A stretch of DNA of 64,000 nucleotides from positions 1,834-65,833 of the forward strand of contig CAZWAT010000001.1 of the NCBI GenBank assembly GCA_964632015.1, written 5' to 3'. Below are positions 8,757 through 18,283 of the stretch, one piece after another. The translations under genes and the position numbers were made by a program. This DNA is from an uncultured Planctomycetaceae bacterium (lineage in GTDB: Bacteria > Planctomycetota > Phycisphaerae > SM23-33). The notes below the pieces were generated by a model that did not search any database, was not told where the DNA came from, and saw nothing but the letters and a program-made list of their open reading frames with translations. The stretch's first letter is position 1, and each line of letters begins with the position of its first letter.

Positions 8757-10049
8757 CTACTTAGGCCAGTGCGCGTCAATAATTGCACGCCTTATGCCGA
8801 CCTCCGCGGGTTCAAAACATTCGGCGAGAATCGCCCAGCACCTGTCCAACGCCTCGAACAGCGGAATGTTGACTTCAAGACTCATGATGCGCTGCTCGAA
8901 GAGGTCTCCATACTTCAGAAGCTTCTGGTCCCACTGGGACATTTCAAAGCCCATGTCGCGTTTTTCACGTGACTCTCGACACAGAGAGTATAACTGTATG
9001 CATGCGTCCATGATTGCCCGGTGGTCGTCACGGGTTTTCCCGTTGACCTGCTGCTTGAGACGCGAAAGAGAGCCGAACGGCTCAATGCGCCCGTTCCGCA
9101 GGTAGAACTGACCCTCGGTGATATAGCCCGTATTGTCGGGAACAGGGTGAGTCACGTCATCACCGGGCATGGTCGTGCACGCAAGCACGGTCATCGATCC
9201 GGCGCCGTCGAAATCAACCGCCTTCTCGTATCGTCTCGCCAACTGGGTGTACAGGTCGCCGGGATAACCACGGTTCGAGGGGATCTGTTCCATGGTAACG
9301 GCGATTTCCTTCAGGGCGTCCGCGAAGGAAGTCATGTCGGTCAACAGAACCAGAACCCTTTTGCCCTGGAGCGCGAACGACTCGCCAACGGTCAGGCAAA
9401 GGTCGGGCACGAGCAGCGCTTCCACCACCGGGTCGGCGGCGGTGTGAACGAACATGATGGTTCTTCCGAGCACGCCGCCTCGATCGAAAGTGTCGCGGAA
9501 CTTGAGGTAGTCGTCGTGACGCAGCCCCATGCCGCCAAGCAAAATCACATCCGCCTGGGCCTGAAGACCCACGCGGGCAAGAAGCTCGTTATAGGGTTCG
9601 CCCGCAACCGAGAAAATGGGGAGCTTCTGCGATTCGACCAGCGAGTTGAAAACATCGATCATCGGAATACCCGTCTCGATCATCCTGTCGGGCATGCGTC
9701 GACGCATCGGGTTAACCGCGGGCGAACCGATATCCACCGGCTTGCCCTCAACCTCGGGTCTGTCGTCCCTGGGCTTGCCGGATCCGTTGAACACTCTTCC
9801 CAGCAGGTCTTCGTTGAAGGGAACCTGCATAGGCTTGCCCAGAAATCTCACGCGATCCCCGGTTGATACGCCCTGCGTACCGGCAAAAACCTGAAGTGAA
9901 ACGTGTCCATCTTCCAGCCGAATTACCTGCGCAAGGCTGGGACCCCGTGAAGTGGTGACCACCGCCAGCTCGTCATAACCGATGTTCGAAGCGGTTACAG
10001 TGACGACGTTTCCGGCAATGCGGGTAATTTCGTCGTAGTACTTTCTCAT
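8757..10049 (-). CDS. atpB: V-type ATP synthase subunit B
   Basis: The product is 430 aa. [16 protein letters not shown]...[13 protein letters not shown] is characteristic of the non-catalytic B subunit. Confidence 0.9.
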   Translation of the reverse strand: MRKYYDEITRIAGNVVTVTASNIGYDELAVVTTSRGPSLAQVIRLEDGHVSLQVFAGTQGVSTGDRVRFLGKPMQVPFNEDLLGRVFNGSGKPRDDRPEVEGKPVDIGSPAVNPMRRRMPDRMIETGIPMIDVFNSLVESQKLPIFSVAGEPYNELLARVGLQAQADVILLGGMGLRHDDYLKFRDTFDRGGVLGRTIMFVHTAADPVVEALLVPDLCLTVGESFALQGKRVLVLLTDMTSFADALKEIAVTMEQIPSNRGYPGDLYTQLARRYEKAVDFDGAGSMTVLACTTMPGDDVTHPVPDNTGYITEGQFYLRNGRIEPFGSLSRLKQQVNGKTRDDHRAIMDACIQLYSLCRESREKRDMGFEMSQWDQKLLKYGDLFEQRIMSLEVNIPLFEALDRCWAILAECFEPAEVGIRRAIIDAHWPK

Positions 10050-10067
10050 ATCGCCAACCTCTTGTGG

Positions 10068-11813
10068 TTATTCGGTCTGTTCGCCGTCATCGCCGGCGGG
10101 ATTGGACACCAGGAAGGACTCGATGTCCTCCAGAAGCTTCTTGTATTCGTCGCTTCCCTCAGCAGAGTAGTTCCAGTTCCGGAACATGTCGGTGGTCGCA
10201 ACCATTGTCTTGCGGGCCTGGGCCTTGTCCTTGAAGGCGAATTCCTTGTCCAGCACCGCCAGCACCTTGTCGAACACGAAGACCTGGCGATCCCTCGGGG
10301 TGGCGCCGTCGACCTTGTCGAAGGCGTTCTGCTGGAGGTATATGTTGTCGAAGAACTCGGACTTGAGCATGACGGTGTAATCTTCGATGCTAGTGCCTTC
10401 TTCGCCGACAACGGTCATCATCTGCGCGATTTCGTTGCCTCGCTTAAGTATCGAGCGAACCCTTGCCACCTTCGCCGGATCAATGATGCCGGAGTACTTG
10501 CTCCACGAGTCGAGCGGATCAATTGCGGGATATCGTCTGGCGTCCGACCTGGCCCTGGACAGGCCATGGAATGCCCCGACGACTTTCAGGGTGGACTGAG
10601 TAACCGGCTCTTCAAAATTACCACCCGCGGGGCTGACTGTTCCACCGATGGTGACCGAGGCGACCCTTCCGTCGTAAAGCTCGATCATGCCCGCTCGTTC
10701 ATAGAAACCTGCGATACGGCTTTCGAGATAAGCCGGGAACGCCTCTTCACCTGGAATTTCCTCAAGCCTTCCGGAGACTTCGCGCATCGCCTGAGCCCAT
10801 CGGCTTGTCGAGTCGGCAAGCAGCAGCACGTGCAGACCCATCTGTCGATAGTATTCCGCAAGCGTAACGGCGGTGTATACCGAGGCCTCTCTCGCAGCCA
10901 CGGGCATGGCCGAGGTATTGCAGATGATAATGGTTCGTTCCATTAGGCTCTTGCCCGTTCTCGGGTCAATGAGCTTTGGGAACTCGCGGATGGTTTCAAC
11001 CACTTCGCCTGCACGTTCACCGCATGCGGCAAGAATGACCACGTCAACTTCGGCATGTCGGGAAGTAATCTGCTGAAGGACGGTCTTGCCCGCGCCGAAC
11101 GGCCCGGGTATGCAGTAGGTACCCCCGCGGACGATGGGGAACAGCGAATCGATAATTCTCACCCTTGTCGCAAGCGGTTCTGTAGGCATGAGCCTGCGCT
11201 TTGATACGTTCAGGGGCAGTTTGACTGGCCAATCCTGTTGCATGGTGACCGGGATTTTTCGCCCCGCGTCCGTAATCAGGACTGCTATTTCCTGATCGAC
11301 CGTGTATTCGCCCGCTGGGGCAATGCTTTCGACTTTGGCAGGTTCTTGAAGGTTGAACGGCACCATGATCTGGTGCGTGAACATGTTTTCGGGAACCGTA
11401 CCAAGGGCATGACCCGCCTCGACGGCATCGCCGGGCTTGACAATGGGGGAGAACTCCCACTTTTTGTCCAGTGGAAGACCATGGATGTACAGGCCAGGCG
11501 TAAGGAAGAAGCCCGCCTGCTCGGCAACCTGGGGTAGAGGGTTCTGCAGGCCGTCATAAATCTGTCCAAGCAGACCCGGACCAAGGGTAACCGAAAGCAT
11601 CTCCTGGCGGAATTCGACCTCGTCACCAACCTTGAGTCCGCGAGTTTCCTCGAAAACCTGCAGGTCAGCAACCGATCCTCGAATACGAATTACCTCGCTG
11701 AGCAGCTTGGTGCCATCGGCACGCTTGCAGTAACCCACCGAGTTCTGCACGACTCGTCCGGGAATCTGTGCGACGACCATGTTCCCGAAAACGGCAACTA
11801 TAGTTCCGTTCAC
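10068..11813 (-). CDS. atpA: V-type ATP synthase catalytic subunit A
   Basis: The product is 581 aa. Walker A GPFGAGKTVLQQ is present, along with the non-homologous insert typical of A subunits. Confidence 0.9.
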   Translation of the reverse strand: MNGTIVAVFGNMVVAQIPGRVVQNSVGYCKRADGTKLLSEVIRIRGSVADLQVFEETRGLKVGDEVEFRQEMLSVTLGPGLLGQIYDGLQNPLPQVAEQAGFFLTPGLYIHGLPLDKKWEFSPIVKPGDAVEAGHALGTVPENMFTHQIMVPFNLQEPAKVESIAPAGEYTVDQEIAVLITDAGRKIPVTMQQDWPVKLPLNVSKRRLMPTEPLATRVRIIDSLFPIVRGGTYCIPGPFGAGKTVLQQITSRHAEVDVVILAACGERAGEVVETIREFPKLIDPRTGKSLMERTIIICNTSAMPVAAREASVYTAVTLAEYYRQMGLHVLLLADSTSRWAQAMREVSGRLEEIPGEEAFPAYLESRIAGFYERAGMIELYDGRVASVTIGGTVSPAGGNFEEPVTQSTLKVVGAFHGLSRARSDARRYPAIDPLDSWSKYSGIIDPAKVARVRSILKRGNEIAQMMTVVGEEGTSIEDYTVMLKSEFFDNIYLQQNAFDKVDGATPRDRQVFVFDKVLAVLDKEFAFKDKAQARKTMVATTDMFRNWNYSAEGSDEYKKLLEDIESFLVSNPAGDDGEQTE

Positions 11814-12520
11814 TGTGTATTCCTTTGCGCTTGCCGGGACGGAGGCTCGGCGCCCTTGCTGAACCTGTGCCAGCGGTGCAACATCATCAACCTGGCGGCA
11901 TAGGCAGCCAGTTCATCCTGATCGAAAGTAAACCACTTGTCGTTTCGGGCCAGCCAGTCCCATCTCGCCCTGTCGATTATCCTGAGTGCTTCGAGCGGAT
12001 TCTTCGCCGCGGACCACTCGCCTATGATCGAGTCGAACTTCTCGCCCGAAGTCGCCAGATCGGATGCGACGATGTAATGTGAGGGTTCAAGCCCCAGTAC
12101 CTTTGCCCGGGCTTCAGCAAGGACATTTCGCAGGCTGACTTCATATCCGACCCACCCATTAAGAAACTCGCTGTTTGTCTTATCGCCGACGCTCCTGACG
12201 TATCGGTAGTACGCATCCCATACAGCGTCACCGGGCACATGATGATGGGTTTCGCCCGGCGAAAGCTCGTCTGGAAGAGGCCCCTCGTTGGTTGCCTGTG
12301 CTGGCGATAGCACCACGGGCGAGACTTCCTGAGCTTCACCGCTCAGGTATGAATCGCGCTGAAGCAGGTCATCGCCTAGGAAGATCGCCTTCACCAATTC
12401 CGCAGGGGCCGGATCATCGCCAAGATGATCGATAAGTTCCATCGGCGTCATAGGCGGAGCCGACCCGAGCTGGCCCAGCGATGGCAGGGCTGTTATTTGA
12501 AAGTAGTACCTACCGCCCAT
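11810..12520 (-). CDS. DUF2764-like protein conserved in Chlamydia/Bacteroidetes-type V-ATPase operons (possible C-subunit substitute)
   Basis: 236-aa ORF between atpE and atpA, overlapping atpA by 4 nt. This position is occupied by a conserved hypothetical (CT309-like, DUF2764) in V-ATPase operons that lack C and F subunits. Confidence 0.5.
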   Translation of the reverse strand: MGGRYYFQITALPSLGQLGSAPPMTPMELIDHLGDDPAPAELVKAIFLGDDLLQRDSYLSGEAQEVSPVVLSPAQATNEGPLPDELSPGETHHHVPGDAVWDAYYRYVRSVGDKTNSEFLNGWVGYEVSLRNVLAEARAKVLGLEPSHYIVASDLATSGEKFDSIIGEWSAAKNPLEALRIIDRARWDWLARNDKWFTFDQDELAAYAARLMMLHRWHRFSKGAEPPSRQAQRNTQ

Positions 12521-12523
12521 GCG

Positions 12524-13150
12524 TCAAGATTTCTCCTGTGCAAGGGCGTTGTCGAGCACATCCCGTAGCTCGGGTCCTACAAGCGACTTGAGAGCCGCCG
12601 TGACAGATTCGACAGTGACTTCCACCGTCGAACCGGTAATTGAGTATTCGAACCCCGCCTGATGAAGCGAACTTTTAAGGTCAATGGACATCTTGTCAGA
12701 GACCTTTTCGGCGATTTCGTTGATGACCCAGTCGAGCAACTGCTTGCGGGTTTGCTCGCTTACGTGAATCTCCAGCGTGTCGCCCTCAATGTCGGCCTTG
12801 GCGTATGAGAGAATCAGCTCGTGAAGAATGTTCTTGAGAAAGTCGGCGTCTTCGAGTCTTTCGTTGACCGCCCGGCGCAGTGTCGCCTCGATCACCCGGG
12901 ACAAGGCGTCTCTGAGCTTGAGCAGGGTGTCGCGTGCCGCGAGATCAAGTTCCGTCTTGCCCCTGGCGACAATGGCATTGGCCTGATTCTCGGCGTCCTG
13001 GATAATCCTGCTTGCCTGATCCTGGGCCTGCTTGAGTATGTTCTGGGCCTGTGCCTGGGCGTCCTGACAAATCTTTTCGGCAGCTTGTTTGCCCTGTTCA
13101 AGGCCCTCAGTCTGCAGGCGGGATACAAAAGCTTCAATAGTGTCTGGCAT
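12524..13150 (-). CDS. atpE: V-type ATP synthase subunit E
   Basis: 208 aa with an A/Q-rich coiled coil (AQAQAQNILKQAQDQASRIIQDAENQANAIV). It is the first gene of the operon. A GGAG RBS lies 9 nt upstream. Confidence 0.8.
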   Translation of the reverse strand: MPDTIEAFVSRLQTEGLEQGKQAAEKICQDAQAQAQNILKQAQDQASRIIQDAENQANAIVARGKTELDLAARDTLLKLRDALSRVIEATLRRAVNERLEDADFLKNILHELILSYAKADIEGDTLEIHVSEQTRKQLLDWVINEIAEKVSDKMSIDLKSSLHQAGFEYSITGSTVEVTVESVTAALKSLVGPELRDVLDNALAQEKS

Positions 13151-13400
13151 TGGTAAGCTCCATGGTCGGCCTGCGCGCCAGGCGCAGCTTTATCTTATAG
13201 AATCGCCCGTTCTGACGGCGAGCTTGAGAAAATCAATGTATTGTATCGAAGCCGGCGATTCAACTTGATACGATCCAAAATAGTCTCAAATTTGCAAAAA
13301 AACGCTTTTGCGAAGGCTTCCGAACCGGGATACGGATGACAACACGTCGTCCTTTTTCGTCAACCCTGCCTTGTGGTACTCAATAGACCAGCAGCATCGC

Positions 13401-13439
13401 CCCCGCACATTACAGTGACATTATACTTACCGTGCGGGG
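13401..13439. promoter_or_regulatory. Inverted repeat in the divergent atpE / ORF13487 intergenic region
   Basis: Perfect 8-bp arms CCCCGCAC / GTGCGGGG flank a 23-nt AT-rich spacer (attacagtgacattatacttacc). It lies 45 nt upstream of the ORF starting at 13487. Confidence 0.3.
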
Positions 13440-13486
13440 ATCTGATCGTGTATTGTACCTCCTTTATCACTTGAATGGAGTTTCAG

Positions 13487-14161
13487 ATGGCTTCTTACAA
13501 ACTGAACCTTGCAAGGGTCAGGGGGCTGCCCCCTGCAGACGATATACTTAAGGCTCTCAATGAGTTCGGCGTTCCCGATGACGACGAGTTCGGCGTGCTC
13601 AAGGCATCCGGAACGTCCACCGCCACCATGGGTGTGATCATCCGCCGAAGCAGACAGGCGGTTCAGCAGCTTGACAACGAAACGCATGAGCTGACATCGG
13701 CGGGCGTGGACAAAGTAACCGCCTTTCCCGTGACCTTCTGGCCGGAAAAAGAGCTGATGGAGATCTACGCGGGTTCGGCGACTAGCATTGAACAGATCGG
13801 TTTGTTTCTGTCCGGGTCGTTGGCGTTTTCGACAGTGACCGAAGGCCTGGAGGTGGACGTACCCTCGGCCATCGAGACGCTTTCGGAACAGAAGAAGTTT
13901 CAGTTGGTGTCTGTCCGCGTGAGCGATTTCGCCCACAATTCGTTCATGATAGGCCCGTATGTTCCCAAGTTCCAGGATTCGCAACACGGCATGGACTTCA
14001 TCGAAAAATATCTTGCGGGCGTGACCTCGGCGACAATGAAGTTCGCAGGCCCCACCGGAAGGGTTAACGTTACAATTACCCCGAACGCGTGCTTCCGCTA
14101 TTCCTGTCACGAGGACGACCAGGCCCATGTGCAGTCCCTGCTTCGGGGATTGACGAACTGA
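13487..14161 (+). CDS. Hypothetical protein (no recognisable domain)
   Basis: Clean ORF with a GGAG RBS (ttgaatGGAGtttcagATG). Coding-like composition. Transcribed divergently from the V-ATPase operon. Confidence 0.5.
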   Translation: MASYKLNLARVRGLPPADDILKALNEFGVPDDDEFGVLKASGTSTATMGVIIRRSRQAVQQLDNETHELTSAGVDKVTAFPVTFWPEKELMEIYAGSATSIEQIGLFLSGSLAFSTVTEGLEVDVPSAIETLSEQKKFQLVSVRVSDFAHNSFMIGPYVPKFQDSQHGMDFIEKYLAGVTSATMKFAGPTGRVNVTITPNACFRYSCHEDDQAHVQSLLRGLTN

Positions 14162-14261
14162 TCACGCGAACCCGCCCCCAGCAGCGAAAGTAATCTACCG
14201 TCGGGACGTTTTTCGCGCACAGGGAACCGGGGAGGCGGGGACCCTGCCCGGCCATGCCCGT

Positions 14262-15452
14262 CTATCGGCTCGAGGCGGTTTCGGCAATTCGATTGCGAAC
14301 GTTGTCCAAAATATTCATGTAGTTGATATACGCGTCATATGGCGACTCGTACGGGTTGAAATACTTGTGAACATCGCCGTCAGCGAACCACTTAGTGCAC
14401 ATGTAGTAGAAGTGGTCGCTTGTCTGGAGCTTTCGCCAGTCGTCGATAAGTTTGTCATCTTCTGTCGCCAACACGTCTTCAGCCAGTGCATACACATCGT
14501 GCAGCGCGTTGGACTGCATGCTGTTGCCCAGCCAGGCGGACAGATCCCGCTCGGTATCCGCCCATGAGATCATATGTGGCACGTCCACCTCACCAACGGA
14601 CGGGTGTTTGTCCACCGCCTGCGAAACGGTCAGGAAGTCGTTCTTGCCCGTCTTTAGCACGGCTGCGGGCAGGGCCTCGATGAAGTCGAATATGCCCGTA
14701 TCCGCCCATTGGTGCTCGCCAAAGGTCTCATAATCCATGAACAAGTTGCAGACGTAACCGTTACCGTTGATGTTGTCGACCCACTTGGCGAATTTATCAG
14801 CACTGAGGGGCCACTCCGCCCAGCCTCGATTGCCGAAACGGAATGCAATGTCGTCGCTTAGGCGGTAATTCTTCAAAAGCATTTTTACGTCGGGACAATT
14901 GGGCGGATTGTACAAGAAGTTCGGGCTTCGATAACCCAGCACGTGGTCCGCGCCTTCTGTCAGTATTGCGTTGAACCCCATATCCTCAACGACCTTCGCG
15001 ACATCATTGTTGTATGTCAGTTCGGTGTTTCTGAAGACCCTGGGTCGTTGCCCGAAGAGTTCTTCCATGCACTCGGCGTGCTTTTGCGTCTGGTGCACAA
15101 ACTCATCGCGGTTGTACAGGAACGCCAAGCTGTGATAGTAGGTTTCGGCGATGAACTCAACGCATCCGGTTTTGGACAGCTCGATGAACATGTCCAGCAC
15201 TTCCGGCGCCCATAGCTTGAACTGCTCGATTATCGTGCCGGTTAGGGAATAGCTGATCCTGAAATTTCCCTTGTGCCGTTTTATCAGGTCAAGAATGGCT
15301 GTTGTCGCCGGTATGTAGCACTTGGCAGCAACCTTTTTGAACACTTCCTCGTTCCGCCAGTCATCGAAATAACTGATGTCACTGTCGAAGATGGTGTACC
15401 GCCTCAGGCGGAAGGGTTGATGAACCTGAAAGTAGAAAACCACAGAAGCCAT
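14262..15452 (-). CDS. Glycoside hydrolase family 57 protein (alpha-glucan active)
   Basis: N-terminal VVFYFQVHQPFRL, an acidic/aromatic-rich catalytic region (FMDYETFGEHQW) and a size of 396 aa fit GH57. It sits adjacent to a GT4 glycogen-synthase-like gene. Confidence 0.6.
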   Translation of the reverse strand: MASVVFYFQVHQPFRLRRYTIFDSDISYFDDWRNEEVFKKVAAKCYIPATTAILDLIKRHKGNFRISYSLTGTIIEQFKLWAPEVLDMFIELSKTGCVEFIAETYYHSLAFLYNRDEFVHQTQKHAECMEELFGQRPRVFRNTELTYNNDVAKVVEDMGFNAILTEGADHVLGYRSPNFLYNPPNCPDVKMLLKNYRLSDDIAFRFGNRGWAEWPLSADKFAKWVDNINGNGYVCNLFMDYETFGEHQWADTGIFDFIEALPAAVLKTGKNDFLTVSQAVDKHPSVGEVDVPHMISWADTERDLSAWLGNSMQSNALHDVYALAEDVLATEDDKLIDDWRKLQTSDHFYYMCTKWFADGDVHKYFNPYESPYDAYINYMNILDNVRNRIAETASSR

Positions 15453-15658
15453 AGCTCTAGCACCACGAAAGAAGTCCGGTCGGTTTAGAAATACACGCCC
15501 GCGCCGCTACCGACGTACCAGCGCCGTCGTGCGGGGCCCGCGGCCCCAATATGATATTTACCCTATCGGCACGGCAAGAGCAATGGCTTGCGAGAATCAT
15601 CGAATTCGCGACAAGAGTTGCGCGCAGTGAATACTACCCGCGATTGCCCGCCTGCTCA

Positions 15659-17035
15659 TCACGCATTTTGCCCGTGGGCAAGCGGCGTATAGACCTCGTT
15701 TAGTTTCACGGCTGTGTCGACCCATGAGAACTTCCGCAGCTCGATCTGGCCGTGCTGACGAAGCGTCTTCTGCAAAGGAGGATGACGAAGAACGGCAAGG
15801 ATCTTATTAGCCATTTCTTCGGTGTCCCAGAAATCCACCTTCAGAGCGTGAGTAAGCACTTCGCTGACGCCCGACTGTTTCGAAATGACCACAGGCACAT
15901 TTCTACCGAGCGCTTCGAGGGGAGCGATACCGAATGGTTCCGACACGCTGGGCATGACGTAAAGATCGGCCATGCGGAAGACCTTATCCACATCCTTTCC
16001 GCGCAGGAACCCCGTAAAGGTCACATAACGTCCGAGCCTGAGATCGGCTGCGAGTCGAATGCACTTGGCGATCATATCTCCGCTACCGGCCATGACGAAA
16101 CGAACGTTGGGATAACGCTCGACGACCTTCTTCGCGGCTTCCAGGAAATATTCCGGACCCTTTTGGAACGTCACCCTTCCTAGAAACAGAACAATTTTTT
16201 CGTCCCGACGGATGGGGTTGAACTCAATCTTATCGTTTTCGGGCAGCTCGACGGCGTTGTAGACCACCGTGCATTTTTCGGGGCTCACCCCGTATCGTCT
16301 CTCGCAGATGGTCTTGGTGAGATGACTGACGCAGACGACCCTGTCGGCGCCATGCATGCCCGCCCGCTCGATGTCGTAGACCACTTGGTTGACCCGCTCG
16401 CCGCTTCGGTCGAACTCGGTACTGTGAACATGTACCACAAGAGGCTTGCCCGAAGATGCCGCGACAGCCAGTCCCGCCCGGTAAGTCATCCAGTCATGGG
16501 CGTGAATGACGTCAAATTCTTCATTGGCCGCGATGGACACCGCAATTCTGGCGTACCGGTTGATCTGGTCCATTAGGTTTCCGGCGTAGTGTCCTCCGCT
16601 GCCACCAAAGACGATTGACCCGCTCGACCGTTTGGGGGGGCTTTGGGGCTGGGGTTGCGTTTGAACCTGTTCTCGGGGCGTTTGAAGCGCGGTGGAAGAT
16701 TGTTTCTTTGTAAGCTCGACCTTCCGCTGGTGCTGGTGGAACTGCTCCTGTGGTGATAATGGTGCGGCGTATGGCTGAAGTGTCGCCCTTGCCTGGTAGA
16801 TCTCGACGTTATGAAAATTCTCGGCCTCGACCTCAAAGTAATCGGGCAAATTTGCCGGGCTGCGCAAATCCACGTGACTAGTGACCTCGCCTCCATCAAC
16901 AGGAACAGCCGTTGGTAGAACGAAGCACACCTGCACGCCAATTTCATCCAGTCCCTTGGTCATACCGTAGCAGGCTGTACCAAGACCTCCACTGATGTGG
17001 GGAGGGAACTCCCAGCCCAGCATAAACACTCTCAT
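15659..17035 (-). CDS. GT4/GT-B glycosyltransferase, glycogen(starch)-synthase-like, with an internal Q/P-rich insertion
   Basis: ATG at 17035 (MRVFMLGWEFPPHISGGLG) has a GAGG RBS. The C-terminus carries EPFGIAPLEALGRNVPVV, the GT4 E-x7-E region. A roughly 80-aa low-complexity insert (QPQPQSPP...GGSGG) lies in the N-terminal domain. Confidence 0.65.
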   Translation of the reverse strand: MRVFMLGWEFPPHISGGLGTACYGMTKGLDEIGVQVCFVLPTAVPVDGGEVTSHVDLRSPANLPDYFEVEAENFHNVEIYQARATLQPYAAPLSPQEQFHQHQRKVELTKKQSSTALQTPREQVQTQPQPQSPPKRSSGSIVFGGSGGHYAGNLMDQINRYARIAVSIAANEEFDVIHAHDWMTYRAGLAVAASSGKPLVVHVHSTEFDRSGERVNQVVYDIERAGMHGADRVVCVSHLTKTICERRYGVSPEKCTVVYNAVELPENDKIEFNPIRRDEKIVLFLGRVTFQKGPEYFLEAAKKVVERYPNVRFVMAGSGDMIAKCIRLAADLRLGRYVTFTGFLRGKDVDKVFRMADLYVMPSVSEPFGIAPLEALGRNVPVVISKQSGVSEVLTHALKVDFWDTEEMANKILAVLRHPPLQKTLRQHGQIELRKFSWVDTAVKLNEVYTPLAHGQNA

Positions 17036-17261
17036 GGTCGCCTCATAACTATAGCCTTGTAGATAGTTTACAGAAAAAATGCGGGGCAAGACGCAAGTGG
17101 TCGGCTTGCACAAAACTCATTATAGACTGCATTTCTTTGGAAAAAACAGCACCATCAAGCAAAGCTGATGTGTGCGCACATGCCCGACACATTCCCCAAT
17201 CCGACGGCACCCATTGTTGATATATCGGCAGCTTGTTCATGTGCGCTCAATCTGTGTGTTA

Positions 17262-18239
17262 TTAGTTGTCAATTTGCAGCGCGCCGACGATGTCTTTCAC
17301 CGCGGCGTACCCATGCCGCTTGAGGTAATCTGCAATACCGTCGGCAATGTCAACAATGCACACCGGGTTGACAAACAGGGCAGTGCCCACCGCCAGGGCG
17401 CTTGCGCCGGCTAGTAAGAATTCCAGCGCATCGCCGCACCGCTGTATGCCGCCCATCCCGATAATGGGCACCCGAGCGGGTTTGGCGACCTGCGTATAGA
17501 CCCTGTGCACCATCTGCACGGCGATCGGTCTGATTGCAGGACCGCTAAGCCCTCCGGTGACGTTGGCAAGCACGGGTCGACGACGTTCCACATCTATCGC
17601 CAGGGCGGTAAAGGTGTTTATCATGCTCAGTGCCTGGGCTCCGGCCTCGACTGCCGCCGCCGCCGTAAGCGCTATGTCAGTCACGTTCGGTGACAGTTTG
17701 ACAATGAGAATGTTCTTCCGGCAGACCTTCTTCACCGCAGATACGACCTTGTACACCTGCGTAGGGTCGACACCAAACTGTATGCCGCCGGCTTTGACGT
17801 TGGGGCAAGAAATGTTCAGCTCAATTCCGCGGACGACATCAACAGATTCCATCGCCCGGGCGACTTCGAGGTAATCATCAACAGTCACACCCGCGACGTT
17901 GACGAACACCGGCATATCGAGCTTTTCGAGTGCGGGCACCTTGGTGCGGATGAACTCATCCAGGCCCACATTGGCAAGACCAATGGCGTTCATCATGCCC
18001 GCTCGCGTTTCAACCACGCGGGGGTACTCGTTGCCCACCCTGGGTTTAGGAGTTATGGACTTGGTGACAAACGCGCCAAAATTCTTCAGATCGACAAAAT
18101 CCGCATATTCTCCGCCATATCCGCACGTGCCGCTGGCGGGCATCAAGGGGTTTGAAAGCTTTACGCCAGCGATTTCCACCGACAGATCGGGCATTGACGA
18201 GTTGGCGTTATTGTCAGTCATGATCCAGGGCGAAATCAT
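17262..18239 (-). CDS. pyrD: Dihydroorotate dehydrogenase catalytic subunit (class 1)
   Basis: LSVEIAGVKLSNPLMPASGTCGYG..., NVSCPNVKAGG and IIGMGGI motifs. Confidence 0.85.
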   Translation of the reverse strand: MISPWIMTDNNANSSMPDLSVEIAGVKLSNPLMPASGTCGYGGEYADFVDLKNFGAFVTKSITPKPRVGNEYPRVVETRAGMMNAIGLANVGLDEFIRTKVPALEKLDMPVFVNVAGVTVDDYLEVARAMESVDVVRGIELNISCPNVKAGGIQFGVDPTQVYKVVSAVKKVCRKNILIVKLSPNVTDIALTAAAAVEAGAQALSMINTFTALAIDVERRRPVLANVTGGLSGPAIRPIAVQMVHRVYTQVAKPARVPIIGMGGIQRCGDALEFLLAGASALAVGTALFVNPVCIVDIADGIADYLKRHGYAAVKDIVGALQIDN

Positions 18240-18283
18240 ACACAGTTTGTGGACAAAACGCGATACTTTTGCTTATCACGCTA

